NCBI GenBank assembly: GCA_036172245.1
Contig: JAYWIR010000139.1
Coordinates: 50,833 to 70,832 of the forward strand
Length of the DNA: 20,000 nucleotides
DNA from: Raillietiella orientalis
Lineage: Eukaryota
Direction of reading: 5' to 3'
Positions 19,118 to 20,000 of the stretch are shown here, piece by piece. How positions within the stretch are numbered: position 1 is the first letter of the stretch; each line of letters opens with the position of its first letter. A program made the position numbers and the translations under genes. The notes beneath the pieces are model-generated. The model did no database searches, was not told where the DNA came from, and worked only from the letters and a program-made list of their open reading frames with translations.

Positions 19118-20000
19118 CCGAACGCCTTGTGGAGGTCGACTGGGAGCGCTAGAGCTTCCTTATCCGCCCGGCGGTCCCTTCCCAGCCCGGCTGGCGCTTC
19201 CAATGTGGGGTTGCCGACTTTCCCTATCCCTTTCTTTTCTCATCTCTGCAGGTGCACCCATGTGCTTCCGAAGAAGAGGTTGGCATCTGCCACCTCTTCG
19301 CATTCTGCCACCTGCCCCAGACGCGAAGCCCATAGCCCTGCTATTAACTTGGCGTCCGTATACACGATCGTGATCGGACGCCAGTTCTTTAAATCCCTAA
19401 GGTCTCCCCCTTTCGGAAGTTGCCTCACTCTGGATGACCGTAACGAGGCGGGAACATCGCCTTCGTCTCGGATAAGCCTGATCAACTTAAGCAGCAGATG
19501 TGATAGCTCTCCCGCGAAGGTCTGAAAGAACTCCGCGAGCAAGTTGTCTTCCCCTAAAGCTTTATCCCTCTTGCGCCTTTTGAAACCGGCGAGAATTTCG
19601 CCGGTGGAAAAAGGCTCGTCGAGGCTTTCCATCTCCTCCTCCCCTATTGCCGGGGCGCCATCTGGAAGCAAGCGCCAAGATGCGTGTCGATCCGGGTGCT
19701 CCCTGGCGTAAAGGGAGGAATAAAAACTCCGCAAGAGATGCAGTACCGAAGCCGGGGACGAACATTCCTGGCCCTGGTCGTCCAGCAAGCTGGCCGACCC
19801 GGATTGCCAGGCTTGGCATTCGGCCCCGGCGCGGTACTCGGCCAGGCGACGGACATTAGGGGTTCTCTCTAACCTACGAGCCTGTAGATAGGCCCGACGG
19901 TTGCGAGCAGGGTAGCCGAATCCGGGAGGCAGGCGATCAAGGGGGAACTGCTCACAGAACTCGCGGACCCATTGCTTAAAAAGGACCCAGTGCTGGAGAA
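19118..20000 (-). mobile_element. LINE segment H (family 1): ORF2 linker and RT N-terminal half, cut at DLHKAF; continues beyond the right edge
   Basis: WVREFCEQFPLDRLPPGFG, RSFYSSLY, KALGEDNL, RQLPKGGDLRDLKNWRPITIVYTDAK, ALALPVDLHKAF. Confidence 0.93.

Noticed and set aside
13850..19130. TSDs for F, G and B/D
   Set aside because: No convincing direct repeats at the inferred ends.
1..20000. Prokaryotic RT system (group II intron, retron, DGR, CRISPR-RT)
   Set aside because: The RTs are fused to APE, preceded by zinc-knuckle ORF1s and followed by AATAAA tails. There is no repeat-spacer array.
1..20000. RIP or methylation-driven CpG decay, or an alternative genetic code, as the explanation for in-frame stops
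   Set aside because: The sequence remains GC- and CpG-rich by eye. Stops of all three types co-occur with frameshifts and deletions at non-shared positions. Not quantified.

Overview
The whole window is eukaryotic non-LTR retrotransposon (LINE) DNA of the L1 superfamily, Tx1-like. The elements have an ORF1 with CCHC zinc knuckles and an ORF2 with APE endonuclease, reverse transcriptase and a C-terminal CCHC finger; no RNase H was seen. I found no host gene, RNA gene or CRISPR array. Eight LINE segments abut one another: A(-, 1-~1390), B(+, ~1392-2594), C(-, 2595-~8241), D(+, 8242-12852), E(-, 12853-~13862), F(+, ~13863-18548), G(+, ~18555-19117) and H(-, 19118-20000). All long copies are decayed by stops, frameshifts or deletions. 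A, B, D, E, F, G and H are divergent members of one family, and C is a second, distant family. The best reconstruction is a nest: C inserted antisense into B/D with a degenerate 16-bp target-site duplication (TSD), and B/D probably inserted antisense into E/A. Unusual features shared between copies are an APE about 20 aa short in its target-recognition region, a QA(D) in place of the QG RT motif, a short EN-RT linker, TRATG stop-start coupling of ORF1 and ORF2, a 3' terminal GAAA-loop hairpin with only an A4 tail, and templated filler at deletion junctions. All alignments were done by eye, and novelty cannot be established without database searches.
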